From: an uncultured candidate division Zixibacteria bacterium
GTDB lineage: Bacteria; Zixibacteria; MSB-5A5; UBA10806
Direction: 5' to 3'
NCBI GenBank assembly: GCA_963801605.1
Contig: CAWDFP010000007.1
Coordinates: 288,001 to 352,000, forward strand
DNA length: 64,000 nucleotides
The position numbers and the translations under genes are program-made. The notes below the pieces were generated by a model that saw only the letters and a list, made by a program, of their open reading frames with translations, ran no database searches and was not told the origin of the DNA. Below are positions 21,570 through 32,632 of the stretch, one piece after another. Every line of letters begins with the position of its first letter. The stretch's first letter is position 1.

Positions 21570-22034
21570 TTATTTTATTTGAATCTGGTTGTCCTTAGGG
21601 GAGTCTATTTCCAATTCGAGGCCCATATTGGCTTGAAACGGAGGAATCTCGTCCAAACCCGCAATCGCGATATTTTCCTGTCGAGGTACCCAGCTTACCC
21701 GATAATTAACCTTACTCTTATAATTGATTGCGGTATTATAATATGGAGCCAGTTCTTTAGTTATAAGCTTACAATGGGATATCTGATAAACAACCAGAGC
21801 GCTGTCCGATAATATTTCGAATTCAAATCCATCAAGCTGCTTGCGGTTACTTTCTATAAACTTGAGAAGCGCCAATAGTCCCTGATATTGGCATTCATAA
21901 ATGGACCCGTTATGGCGGCTTTTAGATACTATCCCCAGATCGGGAATGGCAAAACCGCAAAGACCAACAAGCTTACCGCCAACCTGCTCACCAAATGATG
22001 TGCCGAAGAAAAATGCTTGTATCGTTTCCGCCAT
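21570..22034 (-). CDS. RNase HI-fold protein with degenerate active site
   Basis: SDSALVVYQ and WVPRQEN match RNase HI; FFFG, ECQY and NIAIAGL replace the YxDG, EAEY and NxxAD carboxylates. Confidence 0.7.
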   Translation of the reverse strand: MAETIQAFFFGTSFGEQVGGKLVGLCGFAIPDLGIVSKSRHNGSIYECQYQGLLALLKFIESNRKQLDGFEFEILSDSALVVYQISHCKLITKELAPYYNTAINYKSKVNYRVSWVPRQENIAIAGLDEIPPFQANMGLELEIDSPKDNQIQIK

Positions 22035-22066
22035 GATATCCCTCCCTTTATGTTTGCCCCCATAAA

Positions 22067-22082
22067 AGCAAAGTATATGCCC
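22067..22082 (-). promoter_or_regulatory. Sigma-54-like promoter
   Basis: GGGCATATACTTTGCT: GG-N10-GC, 32 nt upstream of ATG 22034. Confidence 0.5.
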
Positions 22083-22280
22083 TCCATCTGCTCAGAGTTT
22101 GATATAGCTAAGATGCTAATATATATAGAGATAAGTCACGTTAATTGATGTAGATACTTTAGCATAATACTGGTTTTCCCTACTTTGTGCATTGTAATGC
22201 CTAAAAAGCCTGATTTGAAAACAACTGGAAATAAATAAGGGGGATATTGTTATTTATACGGGTAGATAAATGGGGAAAAT

Positions 22281-22312
22281 AAAAAAAGCGGCCGGAGTTG
22301 CCTCTGGCCGCC
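22281..22312 (-). terminator. Rho-independent terminator
   Basis: Minus strand ggcggccagag-gcaa-ctccggccgc-ttttttt. Confidence 0.85.
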
Positions 22313-22335
22313 TTATTCACATTTATATTATTGTG

Positions 22336-25247
22336 CTATTTCAACAGGAGCATCTTTTTGCTGGCGACGAAATCCGATGCCTGCAATCTATATAGATACA
22401 CGCCGCTGGCAAGCTCTATGCCAGCTTGACGGGAATCCCAAACAAGCGAATGCACCCCCGCATTCTGATTGGGCATCATGGTTTGATACACCAGCCGTCC
22501 GGCAATATCATATATGGAAAGGGTGACATCCGATTGCCCTGGGAAGCTGCATATGATATCTCGGTTCTTCCATTGAAGGGATTGGGATAGTTCGCGTTCA
22601 AGGCAAAACTCGTTGGCAGTCCGCTGTTCTGCCTATCGTCTACGGAAACATTATTGAAAGAATAAATTGTCAGATCGTCAACGCCGCCTTCGACTATGCT
22701 TCCAGCGCCCCTATCGGCCGCTGAGAACCGAAGCATTACCCTGGATCTCTGCGGAATTACCTGATCCACCAAAAATCTTGCCCTGGTCCAGCTGTTTGCC
22801 ATGGCAGTAACGATCTCGATTGGTACCCAGGTCTGGCCGCTGTCGCCCGAAATTTGCACTTCGAAAGTGTCATCGACGTTTCTGTTGGTGGCAAACCAGC
22901 GGAAATATTCTATCACGGGATTATCGTAGGAGGAAAGATCGTAATACGGAGTAGTTAGGCTTGTCTTGCCGCCGTCAACATCATTGGAGCCATTATTCGG
23001 ATCACCGATATCCTGTTGGCCGGTGATATAGCAGGAAGTCCCCGGCGCTGGCGTATGATCGTCCTCCGGTTGAAATGGCACATTAGGAAAGCTGTCTGCG
23101 AAAGTACCAACTGGATCGACTCGCACCCAAATGCCCGTAGTGGCATCGTCATCCGGTGTACCAACCACCCACCCGGATGATTGCTCCAGGCTATCGGCAA
23201 ATTGAGTGGTCAGCTGTCCCACAAAGAAAAAGTACGTAGGATTCGGCGCGGTTACCGGCGCGGATACAATACTACCCAACCGGTTCACGGCAGTTAAATA
23301 GTATTCCACCAGCGTTCCCAATGGTTGTGCCGGAATCGATCCGGCATATTCACCGGGATTGCCGGTTCGGATCATGTGAATACTCTGGAACGACCCGCTG
23401 TTTCCCGGCCTGTAATGGACAAACACTGAATCATCGTTTACAGGCGTGAATGTCGTACTCACTGTGGCATTTAAATTATATGGATGAGTTGTGTCAACGG
23501 TATCCCCCAGAGGATTATGACTAATGGACATTTGATCTGCGATGCTGATACCGTGAATATTGAAAGAGGTAGATATCTCGCTCCAGTGCGGAGTTCCGTT
23601 GAAAAGCGTATCGTCGTTGTCGTCGTATTCAAGTACGTCAATCAAATAATCGTCAAAATTGGATGATAACCCGTAACGGGCGTAATGGAACAGGGAATCG
23701 CAGTACCCGGTGCGAGGCGATAGCGCTTCCCTCAGATCCCAGAGCGCTCCCGAAATAATCAAACCATCGTTATGCGATTCGCCAGTCCAATCCTCAGGAT
23801 AACGATTGGTGTTGTCGACTGTCCTTAGATATTGATCAGGATTGCCAGAATAAAATCCTCGTCCGATAAGCGGTTGATTGGTAATTGTTGCGGCGGTGTA
23901 ATCCGACCAGCCCTCGTGTTCGGCTCCTGACGGTGCGCTTGGCCGATATTGATAATCAGTGATTCCATGCCCGTACTCATGATAGATCACATCGGCAATC
24001 TCTCCGGTATTGGAACAGCCGCCCCCCGCCATGAAAAAGTTTACCGAGGTGCCATCCCAGTACGCGTTACAGGTTTGATTTAGATTTACATTCGCACTAA
24101 GCGCAAAATCGAGATCGGTAAAATAGGGATCGATCGCTTTAATAAAATCATGTACCACATTCACCTGATAATACGCATTACGCTCATCGTTGCGCGATCT
24201 CGTAGAATCCCAGTTGACATACAGTGTCTCGCCGGGCGTGATTGTATCCGTAATCGCGGCCTGGGCGCCCTGGGCATTACGAACCGTAACGTAGCGGCCA
24301 ACCATTGTGATATTAATCCGGCGCGATGTTGAATCCGGTACATTAGCGCTGAAATATCCGCTGGAATTTGTATGCTGGGTTGTCAGACCGGAAATGCTTA
24401 CATTTTCAAATTCAAATGGACGGGTAACCAGAGTATCGAATGGCGTGGTAGGAAAAATCCGCCCGCTGATAAAACCGTCTACTGTATAATAATCTATAAG
24501 ATTCTTTCGATAAAGTATTTCGCCGGTCGTGGCATCGACGATAGTCATCCATCGGGCCGGCTGCTCGGTAACAACCTCGCCCAGATACCCCAGCCGATAG
24601 GAAAAACCGGTCTCAGTTGGAACCGGCAAAACTAACAACGATGGTTCGCTTGTTTCCTGAACGGAACTTACCAGTCCCATCGACATGGCATTTCTGGCGG
24701 CACCGGCTGAAATGCCCGGAGCCGGTGAAATCTCGATTCCCGGAAAATAGTCGCCTTGAAATAGAACGACATTACCCTGATCCGAAATTCTTACCGATAT
24801 CAGGTTTCCGAAAACGTCCACACCTTGATATTGCTGTTTGAAATCGACAAACCAGTGGTGACCACGGTGACGTGAATTAATATTAACCAGATCAGAAACG
24901 GGTATCTTCAACAAATCGGCGTTGGATTGAATAAATGAGAGAGCCAGCTCACGCGCCGATTCCTCGCTCTTGGGATCTCCCACATAAATTGCGCTGCCAT
25001 AAGCTCGATGAATCAACCCGGTCATGGTATTGAGCTGGCCGGCCCATTGACCGTGCCCCTTGACGAATGCGGACCATGACTGATCATTAATTGTCATCGG
25101 CCTGAGATTTGCCAGATAGATCGGGTCCTGATCGTAATAGGCGATTGTAACCGCCTGATCCGACGATCCCTCGAACGGCGTAAACGCGGCCGCGCTTGCA
25201 GCCATGCCAAGAATCGCCAGAAATATAAGAGCCCTTAGCTTCAGCAT
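22336..25247 (-). CDS. Secreted thermolysin-clan (M4/M36-like) metallopeptidase with propeptide and YPNPFN sorting domain; shifts near 22540
   Basis: NAYWDG, HEYGH, EGWSD, HNDG; removing 2 nt restores ...SDVTLSIYDIAGRLV...ASGVYLYRLQ...KKMLLLK* (stop 22336). Confidence 0.88.
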
Positions 25248-25387
25248 CTTTTCCTCCATTGCGGAATTGTCATATCTAAAACGCCTAACAAAAATCGAGG
25301 GTAAAAAATTCCATTATGTTTATAATACAATATTCGCAGTCAAATAAATACTTGATTTTTACTCCGTTCCCGATAATATTGTCCGCC

Positions 25388-26359
25388 ATGAAGATAAAAG
25401 CATCTATGCATTCAAGTTTCCCCCGGATCGGAGAGCATCCGGACGAACAAAAGCTTCGCCGCGCAATAGCCGGACTCGAAGAAGGCAAAATCAGCGCTGA
25501 GGAGTTGGCCAAAGTCGAGGATCAAGTCGTTGATGATGTTATCGCTATTCAGAAACAGGCAGGCCTGGATTTAATCAGCGACGGCCTGATACGCTGGTAC
25601 GATCCCGCCTCACACCTGGCAAAAAACCTCAAAGGATTCGAAATCAATGGTCTTTTAAGATTCTTTGACACCAATACCTACTACCGTCAGCCGGTAATTG
25701 CCGGTGATTTTTCTTTAGGAAACGTCAATTTACCAAACGAAATCACCTATGCGGCTAAGCAAACCGGTAATCCGGTTAAAGGAGTCATCCTGGGTCCACT
25801 CAGTATGGCGGCCATGTCGCTCAATAAATCATCCATGAAACTATCTGATTTAAGCCTTCAGCTGGGAGATATTATTGGAAAAGTAGCCTCGATGATGACA
25901 TCTAACGGCGCTGAGTATGTACAGATCGAGGAACCCTCTTTGGTGCGGAATCCGGAGTATTTCGATCTCTTTCGTGACTCCTTCGCCCCCCTCATAAACG
26001 CCCGGGGAAAATCTAAAATAATTCTGGCTTTTTACTTTGGCGATGTCGGCAAAATCTACAACCGTTTAGGCGAGCTTGCTGCTGATATGATCGGAATCGA
26101 TTTCACCTACTCCCCCGGTCTTCTGAAAAGGATTGCTTCCGAGGGATCGTCTAAACCGATATCCTTTGGAATTCTCGATGGCCGCAATACCAGGCTGGAA
26201 TCGGCCTCGCAGATGGCTCGTTCGCTGGAAGATGCCATTGGGAAAATTTCCGGCGAGTGTCATATTACGACATCCTGCGGATTGGAATATCTTCCCCGCG
26301 TCTATGCCGTAAAGAAACTTGAGTTGACAGCCGAAACCGTTAAACTCTTAAACGGATAA
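25388..26359 (+). CDS. Cobalamin-independent methionine synthase, N-terminal-half subunit (split MetE)
   Basis: FPRIG, QKQAGLD.ISDG..RW, RFFDTNTYYRQP, QIEEP, DGRN, SCGL; lacks the HxC Zn motif; start moved to ATG 25388. Confidence 0.8.
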   Translation: MKIKASMHSSFPRIGEHPDEQKLRRAIAGLEEGKISAEELAKVEDQVVDDVIAIQKQAGLDLISDGLIRWYDPASHLAKNLKGFEINGLLRFFDTNTYYRQPVIAGDFSLGNVNLPNEITYAAKQTGNPVKGVILGPLSMAAMSLNKSSMKLSDLSLQLGDIIGKVASMMTSNGAEYVQIEEPSLVRNPEYFDLFRDSFAPLINARGKSKIILAFYFGDVGKIYNRLGELAADMIGIDFTYSPGLLKRIASEGSSKPISFGILDGRNTRLESASQMARSLEDAIGKISGECHITTSCGLEYLPRVYAVKKLELTAETVKLLNG

Positions 26360-26366
26360 GTTAATT

Positions 26367-27365
26367 ATGAGTCGTAAGTTATTAAAAGAGCTTCGTATAA
26401 ACCTCCCGAATCTACCTACAACCTCGGTCGGCAGTTTCCCTAAACCGGGCTATCTCACTAAGGGACGGACCGATTTTAAACGTGGCCGAATTGGCCAAAC
26501 TGATCTCGCCTCTTTGGAGAATCGCGCCACCAGGGAGTGGATCGATTTCCAGGAGGAAATCGGAATCGATATCCTCGTTGACGGCGAAATGTATCGCGGC
26601 GACATGGTCGCTTATTTTGCCGAACATATTCCCGGCTTCGATCCGGGCGGTTTGGTCAGATCCTACGGTAACCGTTTTTATTACAAACCGATTATTAAAG
26701 GCAAGCTATCCTACCCCGGTCCCATAACTGTCGAATGGTGGAAACGCGCCCAATCGTTAACAAAGAAACCGGTTAAAGGCATGCTCACCGGACCATATAC
26801 TATCATGGATTGGTCCTTTAACGAATTCTACGAGGATCGCGCTGCTGCTACCTTAGCCTTAGCCGAGCTTATTCGCGATGAAGTCCGTGAGCTTATCGCC
26901 GCCGGATGTAAGATCATTCAGATTGACGAACCTGCCATCAGTGTCAGGCCGGAGGAGCTTGAGATTGCCCGGCAAGGATTGGAAAAAGCTACCGACGGTC
27001 AAAAGGCGTATTTTATCACTCATATCTGTTATGGAGCTTTTGAAAAGATTTATCCTGCCATGCTGGATTTGCCGGTTCAAAATTTCGATTTGGAAATGTC
27101 CAACTCGGATCTCGATATGCTCGAGGCCTTCAAGCGTCATCCTTTTACCAAAGATATTACTTTCGGCGTTGTTGATGTTCATACTCATTTGATCGAGGAC
27201 GTCGACACCATCAAATCCCGAATTGAAAAAGCGCTGGAATATCTTCCTAAGGATGCTGTTTGGATCGATCCCGATTGCGGCCTCAAGACCCGCTCAGTCG
27301 AGGAAGCCAAAGCCAAGCTTAGCAATATCCAAACTGCGGTGAATGCTGTCAGAGCAAAGATCTAG
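26367..27365 (+). CDS. metE: Cobalamin-independent methionine synthase, catalytic C-terminal-half subunit
   Basis: TTSVGSFP, DGEMYR.DMV.YF, VRSYG, KGMLTGP.T, QIDEP, THICY, LE, PDCGLKTR (Zn ligands H, C, E, C). Confidence 0.88.
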   Translation: MSRKLLKELRINLPNLPTTSVGSFPKPGYLTKGRTDFKRGRIGQTDLASLENRATREWIDFQEEIGIDILVDGEMYRGDMVAYFAEHIPGFDPGGLVRSYGNRFYYKPIIKGKLSYPGPITVEWWKRAQSLTKKPVKGMLTGPYTIMDWSFNEFYEDRAAATLALAELIRDEVRELIAAGCKIIQIDEPAISVRPEELEIARQGLEKATDGQKAYFITHICYGAFEKIYPAMLDLPVQNFDLEMSNSDLDMLEAFKRHPFTKDITFGVVDVHTHLIEDVDTIKSRIEKALEYLPKDAVWIDPDCGLKTRSVEEAKAKLSNIQTAVNAVRAKI

Positions 27366-27373
27366 AGTAGGCT

Positions 27374-27436
27374 AAATCTCTTCGGAGATTTCACAACAGC
27401 CTGTAGCCGGGGACCCTGTGGCCCCCGTTTTATTTG
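27374..27436 (+). terminator. UUCG hairpin plus terminator after metE
   Basis: aaatctc-ttcg-gagattt, then cgggg/ccccg stem and ttttattt. Confidence 0.6.
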
Positions 27437-27661
27437 TGCATGGTTAAATCAACATATTCGCCCTTATGTTATTTCTGGGTGGCATAATTTTCGATTCCAT
27501 GAAGGACGAGGAAAGCAGGTATTTATTTATTAGTGTGTCGAGGTTTTATCCACCGCAATGGGCTTGCCATGACCTGATTCAATTTATTGCCTTGCCAAAT
27601 CCACCCTCGCCCCTTAGTTTCAAGCTCGATAGTACGCGTTTTGACACCTGTGGAGGCTGTG

Positions 27662-29236
27662 ATGAAAAATAGACAAATTCTATCTTGCGTTATATTTTCA
27701 CTTTTGATTTCCTTTAACATTGCCTGGGCCGCGGATGAACTACTGTTTCCATCCAATGTTTCTCAGGCCCTCGAAAAAGCCGATTATAACCGTCCCGAAC
27801 TTGAAAAAGTTCTGAGCCATTATAAATCCCCGGCCGATTCGCTAAAACTGCGAGCTGCCTATTACCTCATTGGCAATATGGATGGCCACAGTTATATGCT
27901 GTTCGGTTTATATGACAGTACTAAAACCGAGGTGGCTTTCAACGTGCTCGATTATCCCAATTATGATTCCCTGCTTGCAGCCTGGCCTAAAATCGAGGCG
28001 GCTCATCCGGGGCTCGATTTCGATAAAAAAGAAAACACCGAGGATCTCAAAGCTATCAAATCTGATTTTCTAATAAAACAAATCGATCTGGCCTTCCAGG
28101 CCTGGCAGGAAAAGCCCTGGGCAAGCACCCTGACATTCGATCAGTTCTGCGAATATGTCCTCCCTTACCGCGGCAGTAACGAACCGCTCGAGGATTGGCG
28201 CACAACGTTCTATGATAAATATAAAGGCCTTGAAAGTAAGATGGCCAATCCCGTCGATCCTGTCGAGGCCGCCAGGCTGATTAACAACGATGTTAAAACT
28301 TATTTTACTTTCGATCCAAGGTTTTACTATCACCCAACGGATGAAGGATTAACGGAGATGCTTTTCCTTCATCTCGGCCGCTGCGAAGATATGACCAATA
28401 TCGCAATCTTCGCAATGCGCGCTAACGCCCTGGCCGTTACCAGCGACTATACTCCTTTCTGGGCCAACTCCGGCAACAATCACGCCTGGAACGCCATATT
28501 GACTCCGTCCGGCAAGGTAGTGCCTTTCATGGGAGCCGAGGCCAACCCCGGCGAATACAAACTCTGGAATAAGCTCGCGAAAGTTTATCGCAAAACTTTT
28601 TCGCAGCAAAAAGACAATCTCATATTCCAGGACCGTAAGCAAAAAAAGGTGCCCGGCTGGCTGGCCGGTAAGAGCTATATCGATGTCACCTCCGATTATG
28701 TCACTACCTGCGATGTTTCCGTAAAACTCGATGAGCAAACTCCTGATTCAGTCGATATCGCTTATATCTGCGTTTTCAACGACGGTGAATGGCAGGCTAT
28801 CCAATGGGGACGGATACAAAATGGCGCTGCCACTTTTGCCGGCATGGGAACCGATATCGCTTACCTTCCGGCTTTTTACATGAATGACAAAATCGTTCCC
28901 GCGGGCACGCCGTTTATTTTGTCGAATGATTGTAGCGTTAGAAAACTCAGTTCGGACGCGGCGAACACAAAATCCGTCCAGCTTTATTCAACTACCAACA
29001 AGGTATTGGCCGTTTCAACGGATGGTGTCACTCAGACTGCCTTTACATCCGGTAAGGAATATGAGTTGTTCTTCTGGAAAAACGGTTGGCAATCATTGGG
29101 AAAAACGACGGCGGCCGATAAGCCTCTGGCATTTGAATCTGTGCCTGATGGTTCTCTTTATTGGCTGGTGGAAACTGATTCCAACAAGGAAGAGCGCATT
29201 TTCACTATCGATGATGGTAAACAGGTGTGGTGGTAA
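27662..29236 (+). CDS. Secreted transglutaminase-like (Cys-His) domain protein
   Basis: Signal peptide from ATG 27662 (GGAGG RBS); FCEYVLPYR...EPL..WR, GRCEDM, NHAWN. Confidence 0.8.
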   Translation: MKNRQILSCVIFSLLISFNIAWAADELLFPSNVSQALEKADYNRPELEKVLSHYKSPADSLKLRAAYYLIGNMDGHSYMLFGLYDSTKTEVAFNVLDYPNYDSLLAAWPKIEAAHPGLDFDKKENTEDLKAIKSDFLIKQIDLAFQAWQEKPWASTLTFDQFCEYVLPYRGSNEPLEDWRTTFYDKYKGLESKMANPVDPVEAARLINNDVKTYFTFDPRFYYHPTDEGLTEMLFLHLGRCEDMTNIAIFAMRANALAVTSDYTPFWANSGNNHAWNAILTPSGKVVPFMGAEANPGEYKLWNKLAKVYRKTFSQQKDNLIFQDRKQKKVPGWLAGKSYIDVTSDYVTTCDVSVKLDEQTPDSVDIAYICVFNDGEWQAIQWGRIQNGAATFAGMGTDIAYLPAFYMNDKIVPAGTPFILSNDCSVRKLSSDAANTKSVQLYSTTNKVLAVSTDGVTQTAFTSGKEYELFFWKNGWQSLGKTTAADKPLAFESVPDGSLYWLVETDSNKEERIFTIDDGKQVWW

Positions 29237-29266
29237 GGATTTTATTCCCAACAATTAAAAACATAC

Positions 29267-29302
29267 GCCGAGGTTTCCTCTGAAACCTCGGTTTTTTATT
29301 TT
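29267..29302 (+). terminator. Rho-independent terminator
   Basis: gccgaggtttc/gaaacctcggt plus T-run. Confidence 0.85.
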
Positions 29303-29421
29303 ATATTAAATCATTTATGAAAATAATGATTTAGGTAAACTGTGTTTATTAAGGCCGATTGTGTAGCGGCCCGGCTTCACGCGCCATATCCTTGGCGTTT
29401 TACCGTGTCGAACTTCCCCAT

Positions 29422-29442
29422 AACTCGCAACTCGTGACTCTC
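29422..29442. repeat. Heptamer repeats like those at 167-201
   Basis: aactcgc aactcgt gactctc. Confidence 0.55.
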
Positions 29443-29443
29443 C

Positions 29444-32400
29444 TCATTCTTTCTTTTTCATCGCCAGAGGTCGAGCCGCGTCGGTTGCGGCGCCGATTTT
29501 TATTGCATAGCTTGTTTTGCGTTCGATATCGTAATCAGTGACAAAATAAACATCTAACAGCCCCCCTCGACGGTAACCGGTTTGAAGGAAATTCATTTGA
29601 TCCAAACACAGGCTCCAGCCTTCAAACCAAATCTTAAGCGCTTCGAATTGTGCATCACTTCCCTGAAAATGAACTAATAAATCAATATCACTCGATGGCA
29701 CTGCGGTGCCGGTCTTGGTGCTTCCGAACAGATACAGCCCCCTGACACCAAATCTTTCTGGCTCAAGTTGCGATGCCACATATTCGGCCATGTGTTGCCG
29801 CCAGCGCCAGTATACCTCGGATGTTGATTCTGAATATTTCCTCTTGGGCTCCGCTTTATCCTGACAGTTACGCGGCTGAGCAATCATTGCCATCGCTTCG
29901 CCAATGTCGGCGTTCATTAAAACCTGCAATACTCGCCCGCCGGTAGTAGCGGGCACATCGATCAGATGAATAATATCCATCAGATATGCAAATTCCGGAA
30001 TCATCTCCGGAAGTAAGTTGGGGGACGAAAGCAGGAATTCCTCATTGAATACACTTCCGGCGTCATCGGGATAAAGCGGCAAATATCGGATATTAGCCTC
30101 AACCAAATCCTGGAAAAAATGAGTCCCAAACGATAGATCGGGCACATAATGGCCGCTTTTCCTGGCCACCTCGATTAATACCGCGGTGTTGTTGATATCG
30201 GAATAGGTAACGCTCACTCCCAGCTTGATATCTCCCCTGCTCCCCCATCGGCCCGGTCCCATCAGAATAAATTGCCTTTTGGGAAGAAGCTTATTCAATT
30301 TGCTGACTGCTCGCCCCACGGCAATCAAAGTGGCATGATCGATTACCTCGTTGTATTTCTGTGGATCTACATAGACGATATGGGTAATATCGGGAACACG
30401 CCCATTAGAGACAAAACGGTTGGATGTGAATATTATCCTTTCCGGTGGAATATCGCGGGGAATCGGTAACGCCAGATTTTCGCCTGAGCTGCTCTGAGGA
30501 CGGCATTGCAGCAGATAGAAATCGGTCCCGTCGAATGCATATTCGATATCAACCGGCGTTTCCATCTTGTCTTCAAGCGTCTTGAGGATATTTTGCATGC
30601 GGGCCAAAAATTGCGTCCGCGAGAAAAGACCATCAAACGTGACCACCAAATCTTCAGGATTAAAATCGAGGTTAATTCCGGTGATGGACTGTAGATGATT
30701 ATCCTTTATCATCGAGAAAACCTGATTGAAGGCCGGATATTCGATTCCGCATTCCTCGATCAGTTTTGAAATTTCGAGAGTCTCGAATGAATTGGTCTCC
30801 AGATTTATAACGTCGATCTTTTTGGGAGAATAGCGGCTGATCTCTTCCGGAGTGATATTGACTCTCAGGCCCGGCTGACCTGGTGAAACTAAAATCGGAT
30901 AATCATCGCCCAGCCTGTCGACCGCGCGCGTGCCCAATCCCGGTACCAAACGCACCAGGCCGTCCTCGCGCTTGATACGCGGCGACCAGCGAAATTCGTT
31001 TTTGCTGAATGCCACCCCGGCATAGGCGGGCAGGAAATATTTCCCGACATACCGCCCCACCACTTCCTGAATCATGATTCCCATCTCTTCATGAAAATCA
31101 AGCAGGCCGCGCTCGGCGCGATACTCGATCGGATCGGGACCGAACACCGAGGCGTAAACCTCGGCGATGGCATCGAGAAGCGCGCCCAGACGCTCTTCCT
31201 TGAATCCCTGGTTGGCTAAGAATAAGCTCTTATATTTACCCGAGAAAGCCGCGCCGCTTCTATCTTCAAGAAGGCTCGAGCTCCTTACGATCAATGGCCT
31301 GTCTCCGAAATCATCGAGCGCCATCGAAAGCCCCTGAACCATTTCGACCGGAAACGTTGCATTCTTGAAAGTTTGCACGATATTGGGATATTCAACCCTG
31401 ACCTGAGAAATTTCCTTGTACTTTTGTTCGACAACTTCCTCGAAATTATTGACATTAACAAATGTCAATATCGCATCCGATGTGATATACCAGGTTTTGG
31501 GGACTTTGAAATCACCGATTAAAGCCTGGTCTTTGACAGTTTTCCTCAAAATCTGAGTCGCCAAAAATAATCCGGCGCTTTTCCCTCCAAGTTTGCCATA
31601 GCTGTCGGGAGTGAATACCACCTTCTGAACCAGATCGAAAAAGTCGCCCACGTCGATATATCTTTTGGCGATATTGATATATTCAAGCTGCTCCGAAAAG
31701 AATCGTCGAATCAGGGTGCCCAATACGCCGTCCTTAGTGGGTGACGGAATTTCGGCGCCGTCCGGCGAAATGCTGTGATAGCGGTTTATGGCCTCGACCA
31801 GATCGGCGATTGGCTTGTTAAGATCCACTACCGCCTTTAGCAGGAAACTGAGTTTATCCTGCTGAATCCATCTCTGGATAAAATTAAGAATTTCATCGGG
31901 AGTCAGATGATCGGCTGCAATCTTGAAAGTTTCATCGCTCAAAAATTCATTGGGTACAAGCGGCGCCCGCTTTCTATACGGTACGTTTCTATCGAGCAGG
32001 ATATCGCTGTCTGGTTCATTCTCCCCCGGCGTGTAATACTGCACCAGCTTTTGCGCATCCTCAACGCCTGTCCAGCAGAGATGATTCAGCATTTTATGAG
32101 AGATTCCCAAAAATAGAATCCTATCGGTTTTCCGCAGCAACTCCAATAGGATTTTCCATTCGGCCCTGTCATTGTCCAAAAGGACCTTTGTCGTTCCCTT
32201 GTGCTCCTTGAAAAGCTGTCGGATACGCTGGTAACCGATAAAGCTTCCCAGACGTTCGGCGATTGTTTCGAGCAGCTTGCTCTCCCCGCCAAGGAACGGC
32301 CCGTCCTCTTTGAATGGTACCTCCTGGGAATAATAGACATTGATACTGCCAACTTGTTTTTCGGATACCATGATGGCCGCGCTGTGCCCCCAGGCCGATT

Positions 32401-32632
32401 CGGCAAAACCCGGCGACGTGTATACCGCTTTATCTATAATTATCTGTACCTGGCATAATTCCGAAAATTGCCAGGCGGGAGGAATCGCCGATATTATTCC
32501 CCGACATACTACTGATAGATCGATATCGGGTTCGATCAGAAGCTCCTCTATCTTATAAAGGCACTCCAATTCTCTGGCTCTTTCCCGCAGAAACCAAAAC
32601 GAACTATCGAGCGGCTTTTTCGCGTCATCCAT
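29444..32632 (-). CDS. PEP-synthase/PPDK N-terminal (ATP-grasp) domain protein with N-terminal GAF-like and C-terminal nucleotidyltransferase domains
   Basis: LGGKSAGL, IVRSSSLLED, FSGKYKS, DIEYA, LLQCRP, SFGTHFF; C-terminal LFGSTKTGTAVPSSDIDLLV; ATG 32632 overlaps the upstream stop. Confidence 0.85.
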   Translation of the reverse strand: MDDAKKPLDSSFWFLRERARELECLYKIEELLIEPDIDLSVVCRGIISAIPPAWQFSELCQVQIIIDKAVYTSPGFAESAWGHSAAIMVSEKQVGSINVYYSQEVPFKEDGPFLGGESKLLETIAERLGSFIGYQRIRQLFKEHKGTTKVLLDNDRAEWKILLELLRKTDRILFLGISHKMLNHLCWTGVEDAQKLVQYYTPGENEPDSDILLDRNVPYRKRAPLVPNEFLSDETFKIAADHLTPDEILNFIQRWIQQDKLSFLLKAVVDLNKPIADLVEAINRYHSISPDGAEIPSPTKDGVLGTLIRRFFSEQLEYINIAKRYIDVGDFFDLVQKVVFTPDSYGKLGGKSAGLFLATQILRKTVKDQALIGDFKVPKTWYITSDAILTFVNVNNFEEVVEQKYKEISQVRVEYPNIVQTFKNATFPVEMVQGLSMALDDFGDRPLIVRSSSLLEDRSGAAFSGKYKSLFLANQGFKEERLGALLDAIAEVYASVFGPDPIEYRAERGLLDFHEEMGIMIQEVVGRYVGKYFLPAYAGVAFSKNEFRWSPRIKREDGLVRLVPGLGTRAVDRLGDDYPILVSPGQPGLRVNITPEEISRYSPKKIDVINLETNSFETLEISKLIEECGIEYPAFNQVFSMIKDNHLQSITGINLDFNPEDLVVTFDGLFSRTQFLARMQNILKTLEDKMETPVDIEYAFDGTDFYLLQCRPQSSSGENLALPIPRDIPPERIIFTSNRFVSNGRVPDITHIVYVDPQKYNEVIDHATLIAVGRAVSKLNKLLPKRQFILMGPGRWGSRGDIKLGVSVTYSDINNTAVLIEVARKSGHYVPDLSFGTHFFQDLVEANIRYLPLYPDDAGSVFNEEFLLSSPNLLPEMIPEFAYLMDIIHLIDVPATTGGRVLQVLMNADIGEAMAMIAQPRNCQDKAEPKRKYSESTSEVYWRWRQHMAEYVASQLEPERFGVRGLYLFGSTKTGTAVPSSDIDLLVHFQGSDAQFEALKIWFEGWSLCLDQMNFLQTGYRRGGLLDVYFVTDYDIERKTSYAIKIGAATDAARPLAMKKKE

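Noticed and set aside
21570..22034. Retroelement or reverse-transcriptase remnant
   Set aside because: Only an RNase H fold; no YxDD RT gene or repeat structure nearby
25260..25387. SAM or cobalamin riboswitch before metE
   Set aside because: Short AT-rich divergent promoter region without aptamer motifs
27466..27756. Small ORFs between metE and the transglutaminase-like gene
   Set aside because: No convincing RBS or motif; they overlap the promoter and start of the real gene
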